DNA of 60,024 bases, taken from IMG/VR virus record IMGVR_UViG_3300042455_000193, positions 1 through 60,024 of that record. The stretch is one strand, 5' to 3'. Positions 38,615 through 48,360 of the stretch are shown piece after piece. A program made the position numbers and the translations under genes. The notes below the pieces were generated by a model that was not told the DNA's origin, did not search any database, and worked only from the letters and a program-made list of their open reading frames with translations. Every line of letters begins with the position of its first letter. Position 1 is the first letter of the stretch. The DNA is from a virus (taxonomy: Duplodnaviria; Caudoviricetes).

Positions 38615-39052
38615 TTAAGCAAAAGTGATAGACAGTGAACCGGCAGGGAATGTAACTGTGTCAGACTGGTTGATAGTCTTGGCGATGGTCAAAGTGCCGT
38701 AGAACAACAAATTGCCGCCGCTGTCTGCATCATACAAACCAAAGTGAGTCACAGTACCCCAAGTTGCTGAAGGCGTTGGGAATGTCAATGCATTTGTGTT
38801 GGTTGTGTTGCCACCAGTACCTGTAGAAGCAACGCTGTCATTCTGCGTTGATTTCCAATCGGTCAGCGCTTGACTTGCACCAGCTGCAGCTTTAACTCGA
38901 GCGTAACTGCCAGCAGAAACCTCTGTGCCTCCACCAGCTTCACCGGGAGCGCCAGTAAGCAAACCAACATACAGCACAGGGTTGCTATATGTCTGACCAC
39001 GAAACACATGGTCAATTAGTTTGTTCTCCAAATAGTCGGACATTGCAGACAT
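38615..39052 (-). CDS. Virion structural protein (fibre-associated family)
   Basis: MSDYLENKLIDH...GTEVS..SYARV...WGTVTHFGLYDA..GGNLL. Confidence 0.75.
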   Translation of the reverse strand: MSAMSDYLENKLIDHVFRGQTYSNPVLYVGLLTGAPGEAGGGTEVSAGSYARVKAAAGASQALTDWKSTQNDSVASTGTGGNTTNTNALTFPTPSATWGTVTHFGLYDADSGGNLLFYGTLTIAKTINQSDTVTFPAGSLSITFA

Positions 39053-39063
39053 GTTGTTTTCCT

Positions 39064-39408
39064 TTAAGTTGTGGAAGAAATTTGTTCACGCACAGTGAAC
39101 TTGAGTAAATCGTATATCGTGTGGATAAATCCATCAAAGCTAATTTCAACTTCACCTTCATATGGTCCAGCCGGAACATTCAGAACACCTGAAGAAAAAT
39201 TAAAACGAACTTGACCTGTTGTTCCGTTATTTACTTTTTCGCAAGTAATTGTTGAAAGAACAGTTTTGCTACCTACAGCTCTAAAGTAAACACGAACAAC
39301 CGTAGCGGCATCTGATAAATTAATTGCCAACCCAGTTGTTGGGTCAGTCAGCGTCAACTTCACAAATGGAAGGTTGTCACCTTGAACAAGTTTTATTTTG
39401 TCGGCCAT
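39064..39408 (-). CDS. BppU-N-like Ig-fold structural protein
   Basis: VQGDNLP...INLS...GQVRF...YEGEVEI. Confidence 0.65.
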   Translation of the reverse strand: MADKIKLVQGDNLPFVKLTLTDPTTGLAINLSDAATVVRVYFRAVGSKTVLSTITCEKVNNGTTGQVRFNFSSGVLNVPAGPYEGEVEISFDGFIHTIYDLLKFTVREQISSTT

Positions 39409-40058
39409 TAGATTTTCCTCATGCGTACTTGCATACCGGACCGGACATGACCACGAGAAGCTCTTTGTCTGGCGTCGTTGATCCCAGTGTTAAATGCAGC
39501 GCCATGCATTCCAGCTGCAGCTACATTCATATATGCCTTGCCGGGTGAAACCAAAAGTCTTGCTAATGCGCCATGTGCAATGGTTTCTGCATAGTCTTCA
39601 AATATTGAATCTTCACAAGTTGTTGAAGACCGAGTTGGCTTTAAAGAAATACGCAGTGTTAATCCATTTGCAACCGTGTCTTTGGAGCTTGGGTAAATGG
39701 AAAATGTACGTTCATCTTTTTGCGTGAATGACAACGGCGTCGAAATGGATGGTGCGTTATCTGGAATACTGCTGTTATAGAACGCTGGACTATTTACAAA
39801 GTCTGGCGCAATTGGTGACAACTCAGTCATCTTGAACCAGCACTTTAAAATCTTTACCACAAGCTGACCTGCTGGTGGCTCTAGATCGTAATCGCTGATG
39901 CCTGTAACAACCGTAATTGGGTCGTGATCTCTTTGAATGAAATTGCTACGACTACAAAATTCTATGACCGCATCCCTAATAGCTTGAGTTGCCACAATCT
40001 CTGGGCAACCATAGGCATCAATTAAAACCCGTGGCAAGAATGCATCATAGGAAACCAT
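39408..40058 (-). CDS. Head-tail adaptor / tail tubular protein
   Basis: GCPE...AIRDAVIEFC...LKPT...IAHGALARL; position. Confidence 0.65.
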   Translation of the reverse strand: MVSYDAFLPRVLIDAYGCPEIVATQAIRDAVIEFCSRSNFIQRDHDPITVVTGISDYDLEPPAGQLVVKILKCWFKMTELSPIAPDFVNSPAFYNSSIPDNAPSISTPLSFTQKDERTFSIYPSSKDTVANGLTLRISLKPTRSSTTCEDSIFEDYAETIAHGALARLLVSPGKAYMNVAAAGMHGAAFNTGINDARQRASRGHVRSGMQVRMRKI

Positions 40059-40768
40059 TACACACCTCCAGCCGTCAAGCCCGGCGCAGGTGAAGATCCT
40101 TTAGAGTTCAAGTCAGGTGAGTAAGCCACATCCTTCTGAGTCTTGATGCCAAGCATAGTGTTGACAATACTCAAGTAGCTATTTGCCAATGCTGCATTAG
40201 ACGCATATTCAGCATCTTTAGAGTACGCTCTGTACATCACATAGTTCAGGATGACATCTAGATAAATGTCAGAGATAGACAAAGTATCACCAGCTGCAGC
40301 AACATCGGTGGGAGCTACAGAGTAAACAACTTCAAGCTTTGCAGCGGTTGTTGCTGGCGGGTATACGTAAAACAGGGTAGGGGATCTGTTGTCGTAGATG
40401 AAGTGTTTGATTTCAGCGGAACCAGTGGCTGTATGCCACATTGGATCTTGCGTGTCCAAAACTTCTCTGTCGACAATTCGAACAGATCTGCCGGGTACAG
40501 TGACAACTTGATTTGCTGCCGTGGTTCCGGTGACAGTCACGACATTTCGAACAACATCCAACAATCTAAAACCACCGGTTGGAATCGACTGCCTTGTACC
40601 TGCAATCAAAGGCATAACAAATGTAGCTACGCTTGCGTCTGGACGCATCATTGCTACAAGTTTTTGCGAGTCATTGATCCATTTGAATAGCTCAGTATCT
40701 AGCCAGCGTGTAGCATCAATATCGTTAAGAAGTATCCTTACTCTGGATGTTATGTCTGATGCAATCAT
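40058..40768 (-). CDS. Head-tail adaptor (DUF6682-like)
   Basis: RW..TEL..WIN...RPDA...GTRQSIP...FYVYPP...YRAYSKD. Confidence 0.7.
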   Translation of the reverse strand: MIASDITSRVRILLNDIDATRWLDTELFKWINDSQKLVAMMRPDASVATFVMPLIAGTRQSIPTGGFRLLDVVRNVVTVTGTTAANQVVTVPGRSVRIVDREVLDTQDPMWHTATGSAEIKHFIYDNRSPTLFYVYPPATTAAKLEVVYSVAPTDVAAAGDTLSISDIYLDVILNYVMYRAYSKDAEYASNAALANSYLSIVNTMLGIKTQKDVAYSPDLNSKGSSPAPGLTAGGV

Positions 40769-40822
40769 TTAAAGCCTCTTTAAGTTTTCAAGCAGCTCAC
40801 CGGCATACTTGTTAAATTTGAA

Positions 40823-41074
40823 TTACCACTTAACCTTATTAGCCCAATACGCCGCAGACATCTTTCCTTTGGAGATGTTCTGAGCATGGCGAGCTTTGAA
40901 TGATTCGTTCCTAGCACTTCCATCCGGAGAACCTGAGACGCCTTGCTGACCAAAACGAATCAGCTTTACTTCGTCTCCAGATTTCGCCAGTACAGCGTGA
41001 GATTTGCTTGGATGATTGGGAGTCTTCTTGGGTTTGTTGTACCCGCTAAACTCTTCAGAACCGCGCTTAATCAT
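40823..41074 (-). CDS. Small basic conserved phage protein
   Basis: GYNKPK.TP.H...LIRFGQQG...SFKARH...AAYWA.KVKW. Confidence 0.75.
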   Translation of the reverse strand: MIKRGSEEFSGYNKPKKTPNHPSKSHAVLAKSGDEVKLIRFGQQGVSGSPDGSARNESFKARHAQNISKGKMSAAYWANKVKW

Positions 41075-41226
41075 TTCTTTGCCGTCTTTGCTGACTGCTT
41101 AAAATCTTTATCAGTTGGAGCGCCTTTCTCTCCAACCTTTCTCATCTTTTCAGGGGTTTTACCTGCGGCTTTTTGCGCTTCGATCCGCTTTTTCTTTGCG
41201 TTAATATTTGCGTACAAGCCGTTCAT
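41071..41226 (-). CDS. Small Lys-rich protein (51 aa)
   Basis: Read manually: MNGLYANINAKKKRI...KGAPT..DFKQSAKTAKK. Confidence 0.7.
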   Translation of the reverse strand: MNGLYANINAKKKRIEAQKAAGKTPEKMRKVGEKGAPTDKDFKQSAKTAKK

Positions 41227-41228
41227 GT

Positions 41229-41510
41229 TCAAACCTCTTGATTGGTAGTTTCTTGCTCGGAAAGCTCTTGCGCTTTTTCAGCAATAGCCTCTTTCCAGTT
41301 TTTGCGCTTTGGTTTTTCTACGGAGTCTTCTTCAGACTCTGCAACTTCTGCTTCAGGCTCAACAGCCACTGCTTGCTGCGGGACAGTTGGGTCTGCAGGA
41401 ATTGGGTCACCTTCGTTGTATGGGACATACCAAGGTCTCTCCTCAATAATTCGCTCGTCAAAAACAGAAACCATTTCTGTCTTTGTGTTGATCATTAGTT
41501 TTACGGTCAT
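41229..41510 (-). CDS. Acidic hypothetical protein
   Basis: ORF downstream of the capsid terminator. Confidence 0.55.
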   Translation of the reverse strand: MTVKLMINTKTEMVSVFDERIIEERPWYVPYNEGDPIPADPTVPQQAVAVEPEAEVAESEEDSVEKPKRKNWKEAIAEKAQELSEQETTNQEV

Positions 41511-41511
41511 A

Positions 41512-41548
41512 TAAAAAGAAGGGAGGGGGTTATTCGCCCGCCTCCCTT
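41512..41548 (-). terminator. Terminator after major capsid gene
   Basis: AAGGGAGG...CCTCCCTT stem followed by CTTTTT on the minus strand. Confidence 0.65.
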
Positions 41549-41576
41549 TAAGTGGCAACTACAGGAGACCTGTTAA

Positions 41577-42512
41577 TTACTTGGTAACAACTGCGGTTAC
41601 CAATGCTTCTGGCTTAACTGTTTTAAAACCAAACACATTCAGACCACGCATGATGTTTCCGAATGTTGAGGTAGAGCGGAGTGTTTCCACGTTGGTGATC
41701 TGAGATGCAAAAGAGACCGCATCTTTTGTACCAGCGAGGAGAGTCCACTTGGAACTTGCGTTGTACAAGTTGTTGGATGTGTAGACCGTGAAGCGGTCGA
41801 TCATGCCAATCTTGCCGTTACGCAATGGTGATGTGTCGTCACCAGTTAAGTAGGCTTGTTTCAGATCAGAGCCTTTAATCATTGCGGACATCCACGCAGG
41901 GATAACAATGAAGCGGCCATCTTCTGGAACGTTTTGCTCATCAAGCGCCTGACCCATGTTCAAGATTGTGTCCAGAACAGTAGACTTAGACAAAGTGATA
42001 GGTGCAGCAGTAGTACCCAAGTTGATGCCACCGGAGATAGCTCCAGCAGTAGCGCCTTGGTTGGCAGCAGCAGCGGTCGATGTTGCGCCAGCAACAGCAG
42101 ACAGAACAGCGCTGTCAATGCCGATCTTCATCTGTTGAGCGGCGTCGCTGGTGAACATGTCCATCAGCTTAACGTCAGCCTGTGCAGCATCCACATCGTC
42201 AACAACTACTTGGAAGTACTTGCCGTAATCAACAGTCAATGTGATTGGCGTAGAGACGGGAACTTGACTGGTCAAGCTCATGCCTTTGGTGTAATCACTG
42301 ATGTTGATTGTTGGGATGGTACGGATGTAAACCTTGTCGCCAGAGTTCTTGATCTCGCCTTCCCAGTCGTTGTTCGTGATCTCACTGAGAACAGTGGATT
42401 TATAGAACTTAACTTGGAGCTTGCCAGACCAGATCTCTGGTACGAAGTTAGCGCCGTATGAGTTGGTCGTTTGACCGGATACGTAGTATCCCGAGGTAGT
42501 GCTAATAGCCAT
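41577..42512 (-). CDS. Major capsid protein (P22 coat-like)
   Basis: FVPEIWS, EGEIKNSGDKV.I, RNGKIG.IDRF.VYTSNN, RGLNVFG.K. Confidence 0.92.
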   Translation of the reverse strand: MAISTTSGYYVSGQTTNSYGANFVPEIWSGKLQVKFYKSTVLSEITNNDWEGEIKNSGDKVYIRTIPTINISDYTKGMSLTSQVPVSTPITLTVDYGKYFQVVVDDVDAAQADVKLMDMFTSDAAQQMKIGIDSAVLSAVAGATSTAAAANQGATAGAISGGINLGTTAAPITLSKSTVLDTILNMGQALDEQNVPEDGRFIVIPAWMSAMIKGSDLKQAYLTGDDTSPLRNGKIGMIDRFTVYTSNNLYNASSKWTLLAGTKDAVSFASQITNVETLRSTSTFGNIMRGLNVFGFKTVKPEALVTAVVTK

Positions 42513-42547
42513 TTTGAATTTCCTTCAAGATGACATCCGACTCACTT

Positions 42548-43480
42548 TTAGCGAATACGCTTTTCTACGTGAGCTGCATGGATGTCTGCTTCGATAGCAA
42601 CCATGTCTTTGTCTGAGATCTCACCTCGTCGGGCTTTTTCATAAAAGGTCTGGATCTCTCCTCGAGTCCAAATCTTTTTACCCGGCGGCGGTGTCGATAC
42701 TGTGGAAGTCGAAGGTACGACCTGTGACTCCATAGACTTAGATGCGGTTGCGGCTTGTTTTACCGACATCTCTTTCCACTTGTTGAAGAACCGTGCTGCG
42801 CGCATTGCGTCGTTATTTCTTACAGCATCGTCTAGAGAATCCTGCCTCTGGAACCCAGTCAATTCATCGTATTCACTAAGCCACTTTAAGAAACCTTCGT
42901 TCCTATTCAAGTCTTCCCAATCAGGGACTGAAGTTCTTAACCTCTCATAAAAGTCAATCTCTTGAGTCTTGGTAGAACTTGCTTCGAAACGTTCAAGCTT
43001 GGATTGCAACGCTTGGATCTCAGCATCCTTTGCAGATGCTTCTTCCCTAGCGGCACGGCGGATAAGATCCACCAGTGGCTCACCAAATTCTTGAATTTCT
43101 TCTGGCTTAACGAGCGACTCTTTGGGAGTTGCTTTGGCGGCTTTAACAGCCTCCATCTCTTTCTCGATACTTTGCAGCTTCGCGGTAAGCTCACGATTTC
43201 CAGCGTACAGTCTCGGTACCTCGGCGTTGAATTTGCCGATTAGCGCTTTGTACCTTTGTTCCCATGTGAGGTCTTCCTCTGCCGGAGGAGCATCAACTGG
43301 AGCTTGGGTTTGCGCGGGTTCCGCCGGAACAGCATCTAATTGGGCTTGTTCCTGATTGAGTGGGGGGTCGCTGGCAACGACTGCACTCTCTTCTTGTTGC
43401 TGTTGTGAAGCGCCGTTTAACTGTGCAAGTAGTTCATCAGCACGTTTTTCCGCCTCTAAGACGGCTCGTGGTAGGGACAT
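42548..43480 (-). CDS. Scaffolding protein
   Basis: Helical/acidic; WEQRYKAL.GK, VPDWE, C-terminal KRIR; directly upstream of MCP. Confidence 0.8.
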   Translation of the reverse strand: MSLPRAVLEAEKRADELLAQLNGASQQQQEESAVVASDPPLNQEQAQLDAVPAEPAQTQAPVDAPPAEEDLTWEQRYKALIGKFNAEVPRLYAGNRELTAKLQSIEKEMEAVKAAKATPKESLVKPEEIQEFGEPLVDLIRRAAREEASAKDAEIQALQSKLERFEASSTKTQEIDFYERLRTSVPDWEDLNRNEGFLKWLSEYDELTGFQRQDSLDDAVRNNDAMRAARFFNKWKEMSVKQAATASKSMESQVVPSTSTVSTPPPGKKIWTRGEIQTFYEKARRGEISDKDMVAIEADIHAAHVEKRIR

Positions 43481-43605
43481 CGTTTCTCCATATGCGTGTC
43501 GTTCGGCTATGTCTATGCCTGTCAGGTATATAGACACTTCCTTGCGGCGCGTTTGGTTTTGCCACACTGAAAGCCGTGTGGCTGGCTAAACCCCCTACGG
43601 GGGAA

Positions 43606-43830
43606 TTACTTCAGGCGGGTAGGTTGTCGAAGCGTTGCGAGTATTTCCGCAAGCGCCTGACTTCCGCCTTGATTCCAACGAGTAAGAGTTTCATCTTTCG
43701 TCAGAGTTGTTGCGATCATTAATTCAGCATATGACTCTTTGAGCCAATCATGGAATGTTTCGAATTGTGGGTTGCCTTGCAACGAGGCAATAGCTGACAA
43801 TACTTTATCGTCAGCGCGGTTCATCATCAC
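43606..43830 (-). CDS. Small head-module protein
   Basis: RWNQG.SQAL motif, between portal and scaffold. Confidence 0.65.
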   Translation of the reverse strand: MMMNRADDKVLSAIASLQGNPQFETFHDWLKESYAELMIATTLTKDETLTRWNQGGSQALAEILATLRQPTRLK

Positions 43831-44015
43831 TTACCGAAATCTTGTTGTGAGCGATAGCCGCAAACAGAGCCACCATCTTTGTAGCCTTGAGGCATCATTC
43901 CTTTAGAAGGCATTGATTTCTTAGCGGCAGATTTAACCTTGCCGCCATTCATGTAGCCTTGGGGCATCATGGGTGTTGCAGACTTTTTACCAGCCATTGG
44001 TTTTTTGTTCATCAT
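43827..44015 (-). CDS. Small basic protein with tandem GYxxGGxV repeats
   Basis: MMPQGYMNGGKV / MMPQGYKDGGSV; ATGA coupling. Confidence 0.65.
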   Translation of the reverse strand: MMNKKPMAGKKSATPMMPQGYMNGGKVKSAAKKSMPSKGMMPQGYKDGGSVCGYRSQQDFGK

Positions 44016-46042
44016 TGCATTGCTCCATTCATGGTGTTTGCATCTACGCCGCCAGCAGGATTGCCAGCTTCGTCAACTGTCATTTCATTTCCGGGCGCGG
44101 GAAGTTGCTCTTGCTGCATCTGCATAGCCATCTGCTGTGCCGCTTGCATGGCTTGCATCTTCTCCGCCTCAAACTTAATGCGCTCTGGCTCTTTAACAAT
44201 CTTGCTGGTGTCAAGCTGAAGGGAACTTGCCAACTCACGCAGCAAGTAAGCTCTGCCTTCCATTCCAACAATCTGCATATCCACAGGATTTGCTGTCGCT
44301 TGTAAGAATTCATTGCGCCGAAGCGTGATCTGCTCTTTGTGAACCAGACCCATAGCGCCTTTGGCAACCACAGAGAAGTCGCCTTTGATATAGATATCGT
44401 CGTCGTACATCATGTTATGGATATACATTCGGTGTACACAACCACTGACCACCTTATCAATCGAAGCAATCGAAGACTTGATACCCTTGGCTGCGTTGTC
44501 CATCAACATGGACAAGCCAGAGGCTGTACGACCAGCGCCAGATACGCCAGAGCTGCCATAAACATAGTTAGGTATCCCTGTAACTTCATCTGCTTGCTTT
44601 GCAAAGGCTGAATAAACGCCAAGTAAAACGTCGGCATTCATGTTGGGTTGAAAGAATTTCACGGCTGGCTGACCACCGCCCGTGCGATCTGAGGTAACTT
44701 GCCAGATCTTCCAAGGATAGATAGACGTTACGTCTTCACCGTCCGGCAAACGGTCTACAGTGACTTCAGCTTGTGGTCCACTGGCAATGCCCATGTTGTT
44801 TGCCAAAGCTCTTGCAGAGGCGTTACACATGCTCTGTACGTCACGCATTTGCTCTGGCATTGCGCCGCCCCAGAAGGAGCCGGGGATCTCGTTCCACTGA
44901 GCAATTTCGTATGGGCGCTTACCCAGCGGATCTGGATTAATTACCGCCTTGATAACGTATGGACCAATCATCCATGCGTTGATCTCGTATTCTTTATTCT
45001 CATCAATCTCTTTTTTGGGCATGCCCCAACCGATGAGTGTGTGTCCAGATACAGCGCCCCAGAACTCAATGCCCTCAATCACTGCGTCGTTGTACAGCAG
45101 ACTATGGGGTTTACCCTCAAGGTTATCCCTCTCTTGGTCGCCCATAAGCCAGCTTCTCAAACCCTTGTCACCAAATCTCTCTAAGACTTGGTCGATGTTC
45201 TCATCGCTGTAACCCATCACGCCTTTCATTGATTGGATCTCGCCACGGTTCATTCGGTGACGCTCAATCAACCAACCATCGTTTGGACCTGATGAGTTGG
45301 GGGAAGGGTAGATGTCGAAGGGTGAAACCCGTGCGAACTCTCTGACCAGATCAGTCACCACGACAGGTGTAAAGTCTGGACCCCAAGTCATCGACTTACG
45401 TCGGCGAACAATGGGACCCTTTAAAATCGCACAAGGATAAGTAATGTAGTCATCAATGAAGTCATTGAAGGCTTCGTCAAACTTACCCACACTCATCTGA
45501 TCATCGATCTTGTCTCGCATACGGCGAGCATTGTCTTTAGCCTCGTCACGAAGCTTGACGATGATCTCATCGTGCACTTCTTCCATCCGGGTACGAAACG
45601 CCTCTGGGTGAATGGCAGCGCCAGACTCAACATACTCCATTGCCTCAGTTCTAACCAAGTCAATGATGGACGCTTTGATCTCTGGTGGAATGTTTGGCTC
45701 GTTCTTAGGAACCAAATCAAATGGACGGTCGCCATTGACGGTCATCACATCTTTGATCCACGCAGAAGCTGCACGGCACTTAATGTCCGTTAAGCGCATG
45801 TAGATGTCTGATCCGCCAGTCTTGTTGATCTCAATTGCTTTGTCTGGGTCGTAGACACCACGGCGCTGACGCTCGCATTGAAGAAGTCGCTCTGTGATAG
45901 TTTGCTTTGCAAACTTGGCTCTGTCCCAGCACTGATGGATGTAAGCAGCTAGTTCGCTTTCGACAAACTCAAAGCCTTCACCACCGGGGGTTTGCGCTGA
46001 TACGTCAACCTCCACTGGAGGTCTAGCAATGACTATGCTCAT
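44012..46042 (-). CDS. Portal protein
   Basis: Follows TerL; VSPFDIYP, FWG, NM..ASGP, TASGLSML, Gln-rich tail. Confidence 0.9.
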   Translation of the reverse strand: MSIVIARPPVEVDVSAQTPGGEGFEFVESELAAYIHQCWDRAKFAKQTITERLLQCERQRRGVYDPDKAIEINKTGGSDIYMRLTDIKCRAASAWIKDVMTVNGDRPFDLVPKNEPNIPPEIKASIIDLVRTEAMEYVESGAAIHPEAFRTRMEEVHDEIIVKLRDEAKDNARRMRDKIDDQMSVGKFDEAFNDFIDDYITYPCAILKGPIVRRRKSMTWGPDFTPVVVTDLVREFARVSPFDIYPSPNSSGPNDGWLIERHRMNRGEIQSMKGVMGYSDENIDQVLERFGDKGLRSWLMGDQERDNLEGKPHSLLYNDAVIEGIEFWGAVSGHTLIGWGMPKKEIDENKEYEINAWMIGPYVIKAVINPDPLGKRPYEIAQWNEIPGSFWGGAMPEQMRDVQSMCNASARALANNMGIASGPQAEVTVDRLPDGEDVTSIYPWKIWQVTSDRTGGGQPAVKFFQPNMNADVLLGVYSAFAKQADEVTGIPNYVYGSSGVSGAGRTASGLSMLMDNAAKGIKSSIASIDKVVSGCVHRMYIHNMMYDDDIYIKGDFSVVAKGAMGLVHKEQITLRRNEFLQATANPVDMQIVGMEGRAYLLRELASSLQLDTSKIVKEPERIKFEAEKMQAMQAAQQMAMQMQQEQLPAPGNEMTVDEAGNPAGGVDANTMNGAMQ

Positions 46043-47490
46043 GTCCAACCTTTATTGTTAGCCGTCTTGATTGCTCTGGCTCGTTGTGGGTTTAAGCCCG
46101 ACCTCATCTTTAGACACGCATACTGAAGCGCATCTTGTATGTGAGAGCTATCATCTTTAATCGGGCGATCCCTGAACCTTGCAGGTCCACTTGTCTTGAT
46201 CCGCTCATAGCGGTAACGCCCATTGAAACCACGGCGAAGCTCTCGGCAGCTGGGGTCTAACAAGAATCCCGGCATACCGTCCGCCATGCGAGTGAGGAAG
46301 TACGCCACCGATTCACGGCGCGGTATCCAATCATTTGTGTTCGCTGGCTCCGAAGGAATACCAGCTTCAAGCAACTCCATAAAGCAAGTACGCTCGTCCG
46401 TCTGCGCTCTGATTGAGCCAGCAGGATCGCCAACAGAAAACCTCTGAAAGCCACTGAACTCATTCATCAGTACAGGCTTGACGATGTCGTTGGCAAACTG
46501 CCTGATACCCATGTCTTGTGACACAAGCTCACGCAAAATAACGAACTGCCCCCGTGGGGTCATCTGACAGATAACACATGCTGGGGTTAACCCGAAGTCC
46601 CAACCAAGAATGATTGGCAGTCCCCGTATGGGTTCTATCTTTTCTTTGGCTACATGGATCTTGTCGTTGAACTCCGGATACACATGCTTGCCGTCTGATG
46701 TTGTGCCGTAGTTCCCAAGCAGGAAAACATTTACCCAGTCTTCGGTTTTCGCGCCGATCTGGTTGAGGTAGTACTGGTGACCACCGGGGAGGTTGTCGAT
46801 GTTTTCTGCGTCCGGGTTCGGCTTGTACTCTTCGCCTTCTTTGTAGAGTCCACCGGCTTGGCGGAAGAACTTCCAACCCTTGGGGGTCTCTTCCTCGGCA
46901 ATTTTGTACCACCAGCTGTCGTCGTCTGGGGGGTTTGTATCAAGGATGACGCCACTCCAGCTAGGACCTCCCTTGATTTTGGAGGGGTAGCGTCCGACAC
47001 GCTGGGTGACCATGTCAAAAATTTCTTTAGGAATCTCAGAAGCCTCATTGATCCACGCTCCGGTTAACTCAAGTGATCTGAGCTTTCCCGTCTCTGACGC
47101 TTTATCTAGCGCCAAGAACAATACTTCAAGCTCAAGCGATGTCCCATCCCCCAAATCATCAATGATCATTGTTGATGTAATGGGCGTATCCCACTTCACG
47201 GGAGCTACGTTAGATGGAAACCATGTCTCCCAAGTCTTAATAGTCGTGGACTTAAGCTCTGGATATGTGTTCCTGATGACTGCCCAGCGGCTGCGGCGCA
47301 CTCCGTCGTACCAAGGCTCTTGCCTTAAGGCTCTTGCGACGATCTCAACACAGCAAGAAGAAGACTTACCGGAGCCAACTGGCCCCATCAAACCCCGTAC
47401 AAAGCCGTTATGGGCGTGAAAAAGCCCAGCTTGAGGTCCAGGTGGGTCATACGAGATTAACTCGCCAGAGGTCTCGACCGCTTCAGTCAC
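46039..47490 (-). CDS. terL: Terminase large subunit
   Basis: Walker A GPVGSGKS, WINEASE, DTNPP, GWDFG, HIQDALQY. Confidence 0.95.
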   Translation of the reverse strand: MTEAVETSGELISYDPPGPQAGLFHAHNGFVRGLMGPVGSGKSSSCCVEIVARALRQEPWYDGVRRSRWAVIRNTYPELKSTTIKTWETWFPSNVAPVKWDTPITSTMIIDDLGDGTSLELEVLFLALDKASETGKLRSLELTGAWINEASEIPKEIFDMVTQRVGRYPSKIKGGPSWSGVILDTNPPDDDSWWYKIAEEETPKGWKFFRQAGGLYKEGEEYKPNPDAENIDNLPGGHQYYLNQIGAKTEDWVNVFLLGNYGTTSDGKHVYPEFNDKIHVAKEKIEPIRGLPIILGWDFGLTPACVICQMTPRGQFVILRELVSQDMGIRQFANDIVKPVLMNEFSGFQRFSVGDPAGSIRAQTDERTCFMELLEAGIPSEPANTNDWIPRRESVAYFLTRMADGMPGFLLDPSCRELRRGFNGRYRYERIKTSGPARFRDRPIKDDSSHIQDALQYACLKMRSGLNPQRARAIKTANNKGWT

Positions 47491-47722
47491 TTGTTTTAGG
47501 TACGTTGAGGTTAAAAGTAATACCCTGTGCGCCCGTATCCAACTTCAAATCACTCAGATTAGGCAAAGACTTGTCTAAAAGTATCTTTGCAGCAGAGATC
47601 TGCGTTGGTGACAACGTCAATTTCCCATCAATGTGACCAGAAAGCTTGTTGATCAAGTGAGCAACTTGGATTTTCTTCCTCGTATCCTCATCATGTCGGA
47701 TCTTTCGAATACGTGCAGCCAT
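47483..47722 (-). CDS. terS: Terminase small subunit
   Basis: Overlaps terL start; QISAAKILLDKSLPNL motif. Confidence 0.75.
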   Translation of the reverse strand: MAARIRKIRHDEDTRKKIQVAHLINKLSGHIDGKLTLSPTQISAAKILLDKSLPNLSDLKLDTGAQGITFNLNVPKTSD

Positions 47723-47780
47723 GTATTTACCCCTGTTTAACCCCTTTTCAGTAGCGCAGCTACAAAGAGCGAGCGCAAAT

Positions 47781-47810
47781 AAAAAAAGCCAACTCGTAAG
47801 TCAGCTTTTT
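47781..47810 (-). terminator. Intrinsic terminator just upstream of terS (tR'-like)
   Basis: Minus strand GCUGACU-UACG-AGUUGGC-U7. Confidence 0.75.
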
Positions 47811-48256
47811 CTTGGGAATATTTGTTCAATTTAGCGAAAATGTACCAATACTGTTTGATTTATGCTAGTACTATCCCTAGTATATAAACTATAAGCACCA
47901 CTATTGTGCATTCTCGGTACTCTATTAGAGATAGATAGCTATCTTGCAAGCGGAACAAGGTCCGCTTGCTAGTAAACCCCACAAAAAAATTAAAAACTAG
48001 GCTGGTTAACACCCGGGGGGTAGATCACAAGGGTCCATAGGGAGAAGTGCGTTCGTAGAAGTAATACGTTGTTGCTTGACTCCCCGGTAGTTGACTGCCG
48101 TGGTCCATATGGGGGTGCCCACATTGATCGCCCACTACTGTATCCCCCTGCCTACACATCACTAATCCGTGAACCCGCCTGTATCTACGTGTGTTTGTAG
48201 GTATATGTGCGAATTTATTGCGATCTTTAGCTTCTATCTACGGAGTAACAGGGATC

Positions 48257-48291
48257 TTCCCTCCCTAACGAGGAGGGAATTCACCCTTCTT
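48257..48291 (+). promoter_or_regulatory. Bulged hairpin + pyrimidine box, copy 1
   Basis: TTCCCTC-C-CT-AACG-AG-GAGGGAA-TTCACCCTTCTT. Confidence 0.5.
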
Positions 48292-48360
48292 GGCAAGTTA
48301 ACACCCGTCTGTGTTGTGTTGTCTCAACCCTTGATTTATATACCTTTTTAGGAGCTGACT

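Noticed and set aside
48169-48351. 60-aa ORF ending IYIPF as a third SSB-tail mimic
   Set aside because: GTG start without RBS, no acidic residues in the tail, overlaps regulatory elements
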